Origin: Microthyrium microscopicum
Lineage: Eukaryota
Length of the DNA stretch: 64,000 nt
Assembly: GCA_010405405.1 (NCBI GenBank)
Contig: MU004233.1
Span: 189,067-253,066, forward strand
Direction: 5' to 3'
Part shown: positions 38,469 through 51,632 of the stretch, one piece after another
How positions within the stretch are numbered: position 1 is the stretch's first letter
Layout of the letters: each line of letters begins with the position of its first letter
Program-made: the position numbers and the translations under genes
Notes under the pieces: model-generated
Told to the model about the DNA's origin: nothing
Databases searched by the model: none
Seen by the model: only the letters and a program-made list of their open reading frames with translations

Positions 38469-40778
38469 ATGAATCTTTTCCGTTCCTCAGTCGTCCTGTC
38501 GCTACTTTCCGCAACCATATCTGAGGCTCAAGACATTGCAACACCAAATGGACTAATTCAGTTTCCAATTTCCAAAGTTTTAGGCAGTAGCTCAACCTCA
38601 GAATCTGGTCTAGTGAAGCGACAAGCTTCAACTTCTTTGGTGAATGACTTCAGTATTTATGGCGTCTACCTCATTAATTGTATACTTGCCTTCGACGTTT
38701 GGCTGATGTAGCTTATCCTTTTCAGTGACGATCGGGTCGAATAATCAGCCCATTTCAGTTCAGTTCGATACCGGTTCTTTCGAACTTTGGGTAAACCCAA
38801 GCTGTAGTACCGGTCTCAATCCAAGTTTCTGTTCCAGCCTGCCTCGATATGATCCAGCGACTTCGACGACAGCAAAAGGCTTAAACTCCTCGCACAGCAT
38901 CATCTATGGTAGTGGGAATGCTACATTGGCAGACTACACTGATAAAGTCCAACTCGGAACAGCAAGTGTGCCTTCAATGAAGTTTGGCGTTGCAACAAGC
39001 AGCAATGGTATTGATGAAGGCATTTTGGGAATGTCTCCCGTCAGCGCTAGCAATTCGAGCAGCTCATTCCTCCAGGGACTAGTCGCAGCTGGCTCAATCA
39101 ACACTGCTACATTTAGTGTTGACCTGGCACATAGTACTCATTATGAAAGGCTTTCCGCTTGAGCCAACTAAACTAACATCATATAGGCTCTGTGTTATTC
39201 AGCGGACTTGACTCCAATAAGTATCAATGTGGCCTTGCTGTGAAGCCTATCCTCTCACCATCTCAGGCTCCAGATAGCCAAACCAGGTATACATTCTTTA
39301 AGTGCGCTTCCTGGTCAAATTGCTGATAACATTGCACAGATACTGGATTACGTTGGATGGTCTTACTATAAGTCAGATAGGAGGTAACACGTCGACAGCT
39401 TTATCGCTGCCAGCTGGTGGACAACCCGTCGTTCTTGATACCGGAACTACCTACACCTATCTCCCCCAAACACTGGTGGATACTATTGGTACGACATGGC
39501 CTAACTCTGTTTTCAACGCCTCCGAGAACGCATACTTTGCGCCCTGTTCACAACCCGGTTCATTGAATTTTACCTTCGCCACAACAGTCGTGTCAGTACC
39601 ATTCAGCTCTTTGTTGGCTTCTGGTGGCTCAGTTGCAGAGCAGGAGGCCAACTTTTGTCAAATCGGCATATTCGCCGGGCCACAGAATGTATATGTTCTT
39701 GGAGATGCGTTCCTCAACCATGCTTATGTCGTTTTCGATAACGAGCATAGTCAAATTTTGATCGGGCAGTCTGCCAACTGTGGTACAAATCTTGTGCCTT
39801 TCGTACGGGGACAATCAAGCGTGCCCCAAATCTCCGGCTGCAGTTGTCCCACATCCAATTCTTCATCAATTGTTATACCTGGCAGTACTTCTTCTAGCTC
39901 GCTTACGGGATCTTCAACAAATTCGAAGACATCCTCTACAAACTCGTCAACTGTGCTTTCCTCCGCGACGGTTGCACCTACCATATCTACCATTCTGACT
40001 TCTGGCGCCCAACTAACGGCGACCACAGTCACAACGAGCAAAGCGTCAAGTTCCAAAATCTCGACAAGATCTTCCGTCTCTAGCGGGAGTAAGAGCTCTG
40101 TAGTTGCTTCCCCCAAAAACGTAGCGACTTCTAGTGATGCCCCTTCAAGCAAGAAGCCATCCTCATTTAGCCACTCTCCCTTGAGCAACAGTCAAGTCAA
40201 GCCTAGTCAGGCATCTCAAAGACCTTTGTCTACTTCGAAACGCCCCTCGAGCAAAGTTCCTGGCGTGAGCAACACTGCTTCTGTAAAGCCGCAGAGGTCG
40301 TCTGGTCATGCTACCGCGAGCAAGAGCTTTCAAACCTCCTCTAAACCATCATCCTCTGCTATCGTCAAAGGACCCGACCCGAGTGGAAACGATCGATGTG
40401 GACCGCAGAACGGCAACTACAAATGCTCAAATGATCAATGCTGCAGCACCTAGTAAGTTTGTCTTGATATACACTAAGAATACTCTAACATGACCTAGTG
40501 GCTATTGTGGAGAAGACGATGACTACTGCAGAGTTGGATGCAATCCTTTGTATGGTCGCTGTGAAGGCTCCTCGTTATCAGTGATGATTGATCCCACTGG
40601 AAACGGACGTTGTGGTACAGCAAATAATGGCTTTCAATGTCCATCTCAATGCTGTTCCGAATAGTAAGTTAATTGTGCTCAGTAAGATCATTTTCTAACC
40701 TGTAATAGCGGATACTGCGGAGATTCCACTTCATACTGTGGACGGGGATGTCAATCAAAATTTGGAACTTGCTGGTGA
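38469..40778 (+). CDS. Secreted pepsin-like aspartic protease with Ser-rich linker and two C-terminal hevein/CBM18-like domains
   Basis: Signal peptide and KR; FDTGSFELWV and VLDTGTT catalytic motifs, LGDAFL; RCGPQNGNYKC...CCST|GYCG and RCGTANNGFQC..QCCSE|GYCG...CGRGCQSKFGTC; five introns. Confidence 0.88.
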
Positions 40779-41086
40779 AAGATCAGTTCCACCCTTGCTA
40801 TACCGATTATAATAAAGGGGCAGGACGAGAACAGGGGCAATTCATTTCATGGACCTTTTACTCCTATTTCCTAATACCTTGCTGTACTCTAACTTCTTAC
40901 GAAACACTTAGCTTGTTGCTAATTGAACGGACGATTTGTTTGGCCGCGTCTATACCGCAGAAGCTATCATTTAGAGGAGCAAGATTTTGAACTTATTCAC
41001 CACGTCTCCTAAAGAATCTGAGATCTATATCATTCGATCGAGTCTGGCTGAGGGATAAGCAAAATATAGGGGATCATCGTGAGAAC

Positions 41087-41299
41087 CAACGGCATGGCAA
41101 AATAAATGGCGTACTCCCATCAACTCTGATGGCACCCAGATGCTACGCTTGGTTACTGAGTGCTGTATTTGCCATAACTGGCGTTTAGACTGGGGATCTT
41201 TATAAGAAACGATGGGAATTAAAGCACCTTTTGGTTAGCAGCGCTGGTGGTAGCCATCAGAGTTGATGGGGGTACGCCATTTAGTTTGCCATGCCGTTG
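41087..41299. mobile_element. MITE, 213 bp, 5-bp TSD AGAAC
   Basis: TIRs CAACGGCATGGCAAAATAAATGGCGTAC / GTACGCCATTTAGTTTGCCATGCCGTTG; AGAAC at 41082-41086 and 41300-41304. Confidence 0.9.
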
Positions 41300-41386
41300 A
41301 GAACGTTATTATTTACTACATGTTAGTGAGAGGAAAAGCTATCCTCCTTGGGCAGTGAAATCCCCTCTGCTGATCTGTCACAGCTT

Positions 41387-42100
41387 TCAACTAGTGACTT
41401 GAGTCGCAGAGCTGACTGGACCGAACAACAAGTCGTCAAGAGCTGGTTGTATAGCAGCACCGCCATAGGCCACATTATTAGTACAGTTCACAGCCACATT
41501 CAGCTTGACAGTCGTCTCTTCCGACCCCGTCTGATAACAACATGTCGTGTCAACAAATGATTTCGCTGCAGTATATGCCAAAGGCGAGCCTGTGGCCACA
41601 GCCACTTCATTGACTTTGAGTGTCAGTCCGCATTGAAGGTTGGCGTTGGAGGTAGCGAGTAACATTGCCATATAGGCGTCGTAACGAGACACTGTATTTG
41701 GACAGACCACAAGAGCGGCTTGGCTGATTTCAAAGGTGACTAGGGTGCCTGGGATATAGCCATCTTTAGGAGGGCAAGATCCAAAGGTAAGACTGTGGGT
41801 TTCGGAGCGAGCAGTAGAACTGAATATCAGATAAGACATGTTCTTTCCACTGACGAGGTTCCATGGACTTGGCGGACCGGAGCCTGAGAAGATACCACTG
41901 TCGAAGCCAGCGTTGAAGACAGCTTGGCCACATCCGGCAGCAACAGACGGGAACACAGGTGGAGGTGAATTGCTGAATGCGGCCGGCAATGGCTCAGCAG
42001 CCGTAGGCGTCGGAATCCGAACAAATGAAGCATCACCTATTGCAAATGAGGCAGCCACACTGACAGGACAGTTGAGAAAGAGTTTAGGGTTTCCAGACAC
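41387..42100 (-). CDS. Hypothetical Cys-containing, probably extracellular protein; 5' exon(s) not identified
   Basis: 237-codon open frame without an upstream ATG; CGQAVFNAGFDSG...PW resembles the start of galactose-binding/CBM-like domains. Confidence 0.45.
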   Translation of the reverse strand: MSGNPKLFLNCPVSVAASFAIGDASFVRIPTPTAAEPLPAAFSNSPPPVFPSVAAGCGQAVFNAGFDSGIFSGSGPPSPWNLVSGKNMSYLIFSSTARSETHSLTFGSCPPKDGYIPGTLVTFEISQAALVVCPNTVSRYDAYMAMLLATSNANLQCGLTLKVNEVAVATGSPLAYTAAKSFVDTTCCYQTGSEETTVKLNVAVNCTNNVAYGGAAIQPALDDLLFGPVSSATQVTS

Positions 42101-43351
42101 TGTTCCTGAGATTCCTTATATAAGAATTTACATAACATTATTTTGTGAAATTTACAAGAGAAATAGGCACGGATCCCAAGATTTGGAATGTCGGATTTTC
42201 AAATGAAGTCGACGCAGATCAGAGTTCTCTATCCTTCCCTCTAGACAAGCAAAAGTCGTCAATATAAGCCTAGTCGATCACACTTAAGTTTAGGTATCTT
42301 GAGATCGTAACGTGCACTTTAGAATCCATTGCATAAACAAGCTTTTCTGGTGACTGATCGCTATATGCATCGTACATCCTATTGAGCGACTGCAGCTGAA
42401 GTGCTTAGCTCTACAAAGTTCATAATACATTTGGCCTAAAAACTATAACGAGACACTCAAATCCCGGTTCCATTTCTATGGAGTAAGCTCAAGACTGCAA
42501 TTTGATAGGTGAGACTTCTTGCTTGGCGTTGTACGAGGAGAATTCAGTCAGGTCCAGCTCAATGCAACTACTGCAATGCCTGTGGATGATCGACGCAGCT
42601 CTGTACTTTCGTAGTTATAGCTGCTAGTGTTCATTCTGTTACATCCAAAACGCCTAGTTTCTCAAGTGGTGAAAGTAAGTTCTTGTAAGTACTTAGATAT
42701 ATATCAGAAATGAAAGTAGTGATCTATTTATCGTGTGCATCTATATTAGAGCGTCGAGTCATGTCATGTTTCTTGCAAGCTCTAGGCTTTCCGACTTGAT
42801 GAGTATAATTTCATTCTGGCTAAGTGAAATGTGCTGAGTATAACGGGTACCTACTTTACCTGTTATACTGTTCTCGAATATCAATGACGACTTTACCGGT
42901 ACGAAGCACACTGGATACTTTACGATGTCGTGTTTCTCGGTTTTAACTTTTTAGCGCATTCCTTCAATGCCCGAAGGATTCAGTGTAGATCATTTGGATG
43001 CAAGGTAAAAAAACGGCAACCAAATCACCAATGGGCACAAGTCTATGCTCCAGTAGTGTTGTACGATTATCTGGTATGATCTAGACATCCATCGTGAAGA
43101 ATCAAGTTGCAATAATTGAGAAATGATCTGCATTGGCCACTGTTTTGACCATTGAAGTTTTGGACCAGCAACTTGGAATCAATCTGGAGGGAACGAATAT
43201 GAACACTATATAAAGCACGCTCTTCAGCAGTCAAGTATTCCTCATCTTTCTACATCTTACCATATCCCACAGCGCTTCTCAGTTTGTTGACTTGTTCAAT
43301 ATCAGCTTCCACCACAATAGCTCTTTGTCACAACTACTTCATCTGTCCATC

Positions 43352-43665
43352 ATGTTGTACATCAAGTCGTTCCTAGCTGCCCTTGCATTTAGTCAACTTG
43401 GGTATGGCGTAGTCATCCGATCCGCGGACACCACTATTCAAGGATCATGTGGTGAAAGCAGTGCCGAAGGCATTTATGGGTGTATTTTAGATGGCAGTGG
43501 CTTGAACTACGGTTGTGACACTGGATATGTAAGTACTTTTAGCTACACCTTTTCCTGTACCGACACAAATGGCTGATGTTCATGTTACTAGTGCACCGAC
43601 GAAGATATCGGACAGTCTTGTTACAACGACTCGACCGATGGTGCAACCCATTGCCCACCTGTCTA
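43352..43665 (+). CDS. Small secreted six-Cys protein (83 aa), effector-like
   Basis: TATATAAAG ~43208; signal peptide MLYIKSFLAALAFSQLGYG; intron 43529-43591; ends CTDEDIGQSCYNDSTDGATHCPPV*. Confidence 0.8.
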
Positions 43666-44181
43666 GTCTTATTGATGAAACCTTTTGGAATAGCGACAAC
43701 AACGGCGGTCCCTAAGACTTTGCCAGGGGCGTGAAAAGGAAGTTTGAGAACTCGAACAAAGAAGTCGAATTTCTGTGGTGTGGCCTATTGACAAGAACTG
43801 ACGACAAATTGTGGCTATTACATACGGTAGAATTGTAGCATCTCAAATCAATTGACCCTGTGGCTCACATCCCGTTGTTCTTTTCGGAAACAAGAAGGCT
43901 TGATGACTTTTGCATGAGACTGACTGTTATACGATATCGTAGCTGTACCTTGATTATCTTGTATGAATGAACTGGTTGATATAGAACGGACGACTGCCAG
44001 TACAGCTTCAACATGATCCATGAGGCTAGTGCTACGAAGACAGTAAATGCTGTCGACTCAAGGCTGCTGTTCAATAATATGAGCTGACCATATCTACCTA
44101 CCTACATATCTTGCATTAATTAACGTTGATAACCAATGATCCATTACTGCGCTTTACTTACTAGGACGAACCATAACAAGC

Positions 44182-44389
44182 CAACTGGTAGACAAAATAA
44201 GTGGCGTGCTCCCATCGACTTCGATGGCTCCCAGATGACCCGATTTACTATCGAGTGTTGCATTTCCCTAACAGGGCGTTCAGAATTAGACAGTCTATTA
44301 AGTGCAATGGAAGATATAAAATCTGTTACTTAGTAGCGTGCGTGGGACCCAGCGGAACTGATGGGGGCACGCCAGTTATTTTGTCATTG
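44182..44389. mobile_element. MITE, 208 bp, 5-bp TSD CAAGC
   Basis: Left TIR CAACTGGTAGACAAAATAAGTGGCGTGC; right TIR GCACGCCAGTTATTTTGTCATTG (short deletion); CAAGC at 44177-44181 and 44390-44394. Confidence 0.85.
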
Positions 44390-44905
44390 CAAGCAACATT
44401 TCATATTGAAAGAAAGGCTCTGAGAGTTCTGTACCTCCATAGATATCGAGGCTTACTGCTATTCGACTTCCATTTCAGACTTTCTCTCCAAGCAAGTCAT
44501 GTTTTCTGTTGCCAGTTCAAGATCGCAATTACAGACAGAAATTATCATCAAGCATGAAAGTGATTCGAATATTCAACCTTGGGAACTATCACTACACCCA
44601 GCCCAATCCAAAGCATACAAAGGATATCTAAAAAGAGACCCAGAATTCCAATACCTTGAAAGCAAAAGAACGCCAGCCAATTGCCCAATCGTACACGGAG
44701 TATTTATCGCCGAGAATCAAATCGAAAATTGCTAACCCAAACCCACCTGCATAACAGCAAAGGTAATTATACAGTGCAATCAACAACAATCCAAGAATGG
44801 GATACCCAAGAATTTTACTCCACGCAACCCCGTCCGTAGATCGTGTGCTCGCTATCCAACATAAGCAAAGCTCAAAAGAAATGCTCTTCAAGCCTTCAAT
44901 TAGTT

Positions 44906-46738
44906 TCATGATTCTTCAGCGCCTTCAACGGCAACTTCTTCCACCACGCGCTCAGACTGTGTGCCTCGCGCGTGCTGTTCTGCCCATTCACCCCACAGCC
45001 CACGTTTTGCGCGTAATCGAATTGGGCCACCAATTTCTGAGCCGCGCTGCTCAACTTTGACGGCATCTTTAGTGGCGAGCACGAGAACTTCGAAGAACAT
45101 TGCTGTTGCTTGGCGGCGCGTTGTCCGGCGCTCAGGAATGAGATCTTGTAATAGGACGCTTGACTTTGCGCGCACGCTGTTGTTAGTAGCTGCGGCTTCC
45201 GGGAAGACATCTCGTAGCACATGTACCGCATGGCGTGTGCCCTGACTGATTGGACCTGCGTCGGCGGGATGGAGGAGTGGATATGTGGTGTCGTCGAAGG
45301 TATTGTCGCCCATGGGCGTGTGAGCATCATCTGGCATCATAGGCATGTCTTCATCGGCGGGCAGCATTTCGTCAATATGTGAGGGGTCGCGAACGGAATC
45401 ATCGAACGGTGTTATGGCAGGAAGAGTCGTGTCGTCCTCGGGAACTTGAAGCCGGTGTTCCTCGTCAGAGTACATGTCAGCGACGCCACTATCGCGCTTG
45501 CGCTTCAGAGTGCCAGCTCGACGGGCCATGTCGACAGAGAGGATTTCGCGGAGCTCGGGAGCCCAGCCAAATGAGCGGCCATCGCCAAGAATGTTGGAGA
45601 CAAAGCCGCCGCTTTTTTGGAGGGAGAGAAGGGCAAGTAGCATTGGATCGCGGGGAAGAAAGGAGGCCGGTTTGAGGATTCTCGAGCGGTCACTCTGTTG
45701 CTCTTTGATTTGGGCATTGCGGAGTTCGAGGGTGCTGTCCATTTCGAGAACCTTTCGGCGTTTGAGTTTTGGCGCAACGCGAACTATGTCTTCCTCCTGA
45801 GGCTCATATAGTGAGAGATCTTTGCCTGCAAATGTCTTTTCTAGCTCACGCTCCTCAGTCGCTGAAATGTCGGAGAGTGGGGATTCGGAATCGCGAGCTC
45901 GCTGTGCCAGACCGTGGATCTCTTCTCCTAGTTCTTCGCCCATATCGTGTCCAAGGCCGGGTAGATCGGTCATGTCGACATCGCCACCAAGGTCCAGTGG
46001 TAGATCGTCGTCGTATGAATCACCCAAATCAAGTCCTTCGACGGGGTCCAAAAGTTTGGAGCCTTCTCCAGTCTCTTCATCATCCCATGCTCGATCAATT
46101 TGATCTCGACCTTTTTCCATGTCTAGGAGACTGGTATCATCAAAGCCGTCACCAAGGTCAAGACCCTCAACCGCATCCTCGTACCACTGAGCCTTTTCAG
46201 AACGTCCCTGGTCGATGGTATCGGTCACTATGCTCTGAGTTCCCCAGTTTATCGTTACGCTCTGTGGACCAAGGTCAAGGCCACTATCCAAAGTCAAGGC
46301 AAGATCCGGGAATGGCGCAAGGAAATCAGTCTGAGTGTATATTTCGCCTTCAAGCTGTAGTGACGCGGGGTCCGCGTTGTTGTGTAGATCGGCAGTGCGA
46401 TCAATATTGCCTCTACGAAGGAACTAAATCGCGTGAGCTTGGAACCAGAAAGTTTCTTATACGAGACAACTTACGACTTTGAGTTTGATCAACACGTCAT
46501 TCACATCGTCCAGTAAGTATCGCGCCTGTTTACTGTATACCTTGACGGTACCGAGTAGAAGATGACCACTTAGACGCAGAGCCATTGGAGCATTTGAACC
46601 GTTCATCATGAACTCGACTGTACTCTCGAGATTAGAGGCTAGAAAGTCCTTTTTGGACAGCTTGCGCTCCATGTTGGCGGCCAGCCATACAGTGGCCAAA
46701 GGGCCAGTCTTGGCGAGCAATACATCTGAGTAGAACAT
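44906..46738 (-). CDS. rad21: Cohesin kleisin Rad21/Scc1
   Basis: MFYSDVLLAKTGPLATVWLAANMERKLSK...ALRLSGHLLLG and C-terminal TRRQATAMFFEVLVLATKDAVKVEQ; intron 46474-46424. Confidence 0.93.
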
Positions 46739-47969
46739 GACTGTATGATAATGGGTATTGAATAAATGGGAGAAAGGTTAAATATGGAGGAGTTGCGCGT
46801 TGTTTTGGGTGTGGGGTGACGCGCCGAATTAGTTGGTAGATGATGGCAACACGGATGCGCCGCGCTTTTCCAACACGATATAGAGACTATTGTTGTCGCA
46901 AAAGCAGTGGCAGATATATGGGAATGAAAGGGAAAAGAAAAAGAAAGGGAGAATGATGGGAGATGGCGATGGAGGGAGATGAAAGCGTTGCGACTGGGGG
47001 ATGTTGGGGTCTTTGAGGTGGTGTTGTGGGAGGCTGGGATTGCCTGCGGATGGCTCCTAGGTTCCAAGGCAGCAAGCCCTAACCCTATCTAGACTTGGTC
47101 CGCTCAAATTAATCGATAAGTATCTTAACGTCAACATCTTTCTTTCTACCAGTTATCTTGTTTCTATTAGCCTCGATCTTGACTTTGTCTACACCAACCC
47201 GAGATCCCACTTTGAAGAAGCATCAGTTCAGTATGTACCCTCGAGGGAGCAATACGCGCACTGAACCAGCATGTCGGTACACATTGAGCCTGTTCTGTGA
47301 TCGCGGAGTGTTAGACTTTATATTCAAATTACTTGGAGCATGACACGAAAGCCTTAGAACCATTGAAATGGATCATTAGATACAATTGAGTTGGACAATT
47401 GGATGGATGGATGATACGAAGTACGAGTCAGGAACCGTTAAAATGCCACTCTAGTAATATATCGCGTGCATTTTAGCGTGGGCTTCAGGGTATGAATAAG
47501 TTGCTGGCAGCTGCTTTCGGTCATGGACTCGCAAACTCATGGAACCTGGCGACTCGATACGGAAACTGGCACGTTTATTGTTTGATATATTCTCGCCTCT
47601 TTTCTACCAACTTAACTACTACCACAATAAATACACATCTGTCTTCATCTTAGAGAAATTGGTTCGCCACTAGTCCTCCGAACCATTAATCACCCCTGCT
47701 TCTTCTCTGCTTGGCATCTTTCGCTCCACGTCTGCGGCTCTGTCAGACGCTCCTTTGTGCAACCTCTCATCAACAATTTCCAAGACCCGATTCATATATC
47801 GAATTCCAAGTTTCCCGCGTCCTAATACTCCTCCATAATCACCGGCATGTGTATCGCCCTCACTCGTTCCGTCAGCTCATAGTCCTGCGGCCTTCCGGCG
47901 CATCTTCCACCACCAGTCTTTGCCCCGTGGCCATTGACTGCCCCTTTTGGTTCGCGCGGCCATGCCATA

Positions 47970-50900
47970 ATGTCCAGATCAGGAACTCCCATCTTGCCTA
48001 CCTACAATGCCTCAAACTCCAAACTACTGGGCTCTAAACCACCAACTCCTCCACCAAGGCGATCTCCGTCCCCAAGACCGCCAGGACAGAATGCGCCAAG
48101 ACCAAGAGTAAGCACCACCACTTTCTACTACCAATGTACAAAGCTAACATGATCATCTAGTCCGAGACCGCGGAGTATTCCCTCTTGACCCCCAAAGAAA
48201 CCGCCGATCGTCTTACCACTTCCATACAACATGGCCTACACCCGACCGAAGCGAGTTCTCGACTTATAACACATGGCACAAACGAGCTTCCACATGAAGA
48301 GCCCGAACCACTATGGCTAAGGTTCGTAAAACAGTTCAAGGAAACGTTAATATTACTACTTCTTGGCTCAGCGGGTGTTTCGTTTTTGATGCGAAATTAT
48401 GAAGATGCTATCAGTATTACTGTGGCAGTCGTCATAGTTGTCACAGTAGGCTTTGTACAGGAGTACAGGTCGGAAAAGTCATTAGAAGCCTTGAACGACT
48501 TGGTCCCGAACTTTGCTCACACCATCCGAGGAGATTCTGCGCAGATACAACGGCCGACACGCAACACAAAAGAGAATGGGGACGTTGAGCTGCATAAACT
48601 TGACACGTTAGAAGGACTGGAGCAGGCAGAGAGTTTGTCAAAGACTATACCAGCTGCTGAATTAGTTCCTGGAGATCTGGTTCTTTTCCACACCGGCGAT
48701 CGCATACCGGCAGACATTCGTATTACGCATGCAGCGGATCTAGCGATCGACGAGTCAAATTTAACTGGAGAAAATGAAGCCGTGGAGAAACATGCTGAAA
48801 AGTTGACTCGAGCAACTGTCCCTCATGCCAGCTTTTATGCTTCACCGGCAACCGGAGTCGTTGGAGCAGACGTTCGGTTGAATGATCAACATAACATTGC
48901 ATTTATGGGTACATTGGTTCGGTCTGGATATGGCCAAGGAATTGTCATTGGAACTGGCGGTAAAACGGAATTTGGCGCTATTTCTGCATCGTTACAAGAG
49001 ATTGAAAGTCCAAGGACTCCATTACAACTTTCCATGGACAAACTGGGCAAGGATCTGAGCTACATGAGTTTTGGCATTATCGCTTTTATTATGCTTGTAG
49101 GACTGCTAAGAGGATGGCAAATTCTGGAGATGTTCCAGATTGGTGTCTCACTGGCGGTGGCTGCCATTCCGGAAGGTCTACCTATCATTGTCACAGTTAC
49201 TCTAGCACTCGGGGTTCTGAGAATGTCAAAACACAACGCCATTGTTCGAAGACTGCCGAGTGTGGAGACTTTGGGATCCGTTAATGTGGTTTGCAGTGAC
49301 AAGACAGGTATGTTCGATTCATATCATCAACGGGCAAGACTAACAGGCGATAGGTACATTGACCACCAACCATATGACAGTAACCAAAGTTTGGCACTTT
49401 GGAGAAGGTCAACCCGTTGCTGTCACTAGCAAGCAAGGACATTCTCAACTTGATAGTGCGACCCGTACTATTCTAAGAATTGGCAATATTGTCAACCACG
49501 GCAGACTTCAGTCTGGAGAAGCGGGGAGCACCAGTACAGCTTCGATATTATCCTCAACAGCTGGTGATGACCCGATCCATGCTACCAGCCGATGGGTGGG
49601 TCAACCAACAGATGTCGCCTTACTAGATCTCCTCGATAATCTAGGAGAGGACGATGTTCGCCATAGGATTGGCAACCGTCGATATGAAACCCCCTTTAGC
49701 TCCGAAAGAAAATGGATGGGTGTTGTCATTGAGGGCTCTGGTGGTTCTGATACTGCATACATCAAGGGAGCGCTGGAGCAGATCATCAAGAAATGTGATA
49801 CATATATCACAGCTGATGGCAGAGAAGTTGTACTTGATGAGAGCCGGAGAAAGGAAGCCCTCAATGCAGCAAATGCAATGGCAGTCCAAGGTCTTCGTGT
49901 CCTTGGTTTTGCTAGCGGCTCAATACGAGATCAAAAATATCCTACCAGAAGTGGAAGATCAACACCTGCTCTCAGGCCTACCAGTGCTGGTCCCAAAGTC
50001 GACTCGCCGTCCAAGAATGACGACGAAATATATCAAGGTCTCGCCTTTGCTGGTCTTGTCGGCATGAACGATCCCCCAAGAAAAGGCGTCGATCGATCCA
50101 TACGCCGCCTTATGGACGGCGGCGTCAAAGTCATAATGGTAACTGGCGATTCAGAAACCACCGCCGTAGCTATTGGCAAACAACTCGGTATGCCCATCAA
50201 TACCTCCAACCTCCACTCTTCCGTCCTCCGTGGCGACCAAGTAGAACAAATGAGCGATGCAGACCTGGCCCAAGCCATCACCACCACAATAATATTCGCA
50301 CGCACCAGTCCTGAGCACAAATTGAAGATTGTACGCGCCCTGCAAGCTCGCGGGGACGTAGTCGCCATGACCGGCGACGGTGTCAACGATGCACCGGCTC
50401 TCAAGAAGGCTGACATTGGCATCAGCATGGGCAAACACGGCACCGACGTCGCCAAAGAAGCAGCCGACATGATCCTAACAGACGACGATTTCTCCACGAT
50501 ACTCAGCGCCATCGAAGAAGGCAAAGGTATCTTCTACAACATCCAAAACTTCCTTACCTTCCAGCTATCCACCAGTGCCGCCGCGCTCAGTCTCGTTCTC
50601 CTCAGCACCATATTTGGCTTCAAGAATCCGCTCAACCCAATGCAGATTCTCTGGATCAGTACGTTCATCCCCCATAATCTCCCTTCCTGCTTTTGCTAAC
50701 ACTATGTCAATAGATATCCTAATGGACGGACCCCCGGCCCAATCCCTTGGCGTCGAACCCGTGGATCCCTCAATAATGTCCCGCCCACCCCGAACAAAAC
50801 ACGCCCGCGTCTTGACACCCGCCCTCCTCCGACGCGTTCTAACATCAGCATCCATAATCATGCTCGGTACCCTTCTAACCTACATCCTCGAAATGGCAGA

Positions 50901-51252
50901 CGGCCGTGTCGTCACCAAACGCGATACCACCATGACATTCACATGTTTCGTCCTCTTTGACATGTTCAACGCCCTAACCTGCCGCTCGGAAAGTAAAAGT
51001 GTGCTTCGGGGAGAGGTAGAGGTCTTTGGCAACAAGATGTTCAATGTCGCCGTCGGCAGTTCATTGGCAGGCCAAGCAGCGGTTGTATACGTGCCAGTAC
51101 TACAACGCATTTTCCAGACGGAAGGATTGTGGATTAGTGATTGGATTCGGTTGATTTGTGTGGCTAGTTGTGTGCTTTGGGCTGATGAAGCGAGGAAGTA
51201 TCTCAGCGCAAGGGATAGAGGACGCATGGGGCGGTATAGCTCCAATGTCTAG
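47970..51252 (+). CDS. PMR1: Golgi Ca2+/Mn2+-transporting P-type ATPase
   Basis: [23 protein letters not shown] (split by an intron near 49308), [36 protein letters not shown]. Confidence 0.95.
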
Positions 51253-51632
51253 AAGGAGATATTTTTACTTGTATTATAGCGAAGAGTGGTGTTGGTGTAA
51301 ATACCCAATCTGGGATTCGTCGTTTGATTTTTGGCATCAAGCATTGGAGCGGTGGTACGGTTGAGAAATATATCTACTCCCTGCGATAGACTGCGCGGTT
51401 TGTTAGCAGAGCTGTAGATATCTCATGCATTTGTATAGGAAACGTTATATGTGTTTATACAGCTATTCCAAACCGTCCTTGGCTCCTGTGTAGTACAATC
51501 TATATCCGTCCCACGAAACGCAGCATTCCTAAACCCAATTCCATAATGCAAGACGCCAAACGACCATCCATGCAGCTATTGTATATATCACAAGTATCCA
51601 GACGAGTATGATGCTGTATCCATCTAATGATT

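Noticed and set aside
37987..44389. Near-equal spacing of three MITEs (3100 and 3095 bp), suggesting an integron-like cassette array or composite transposon
   Set aside because: Each element has its own distinct TSD, indicating independent insertions; no recombinase nearby and the intervening DNA is unrelated.
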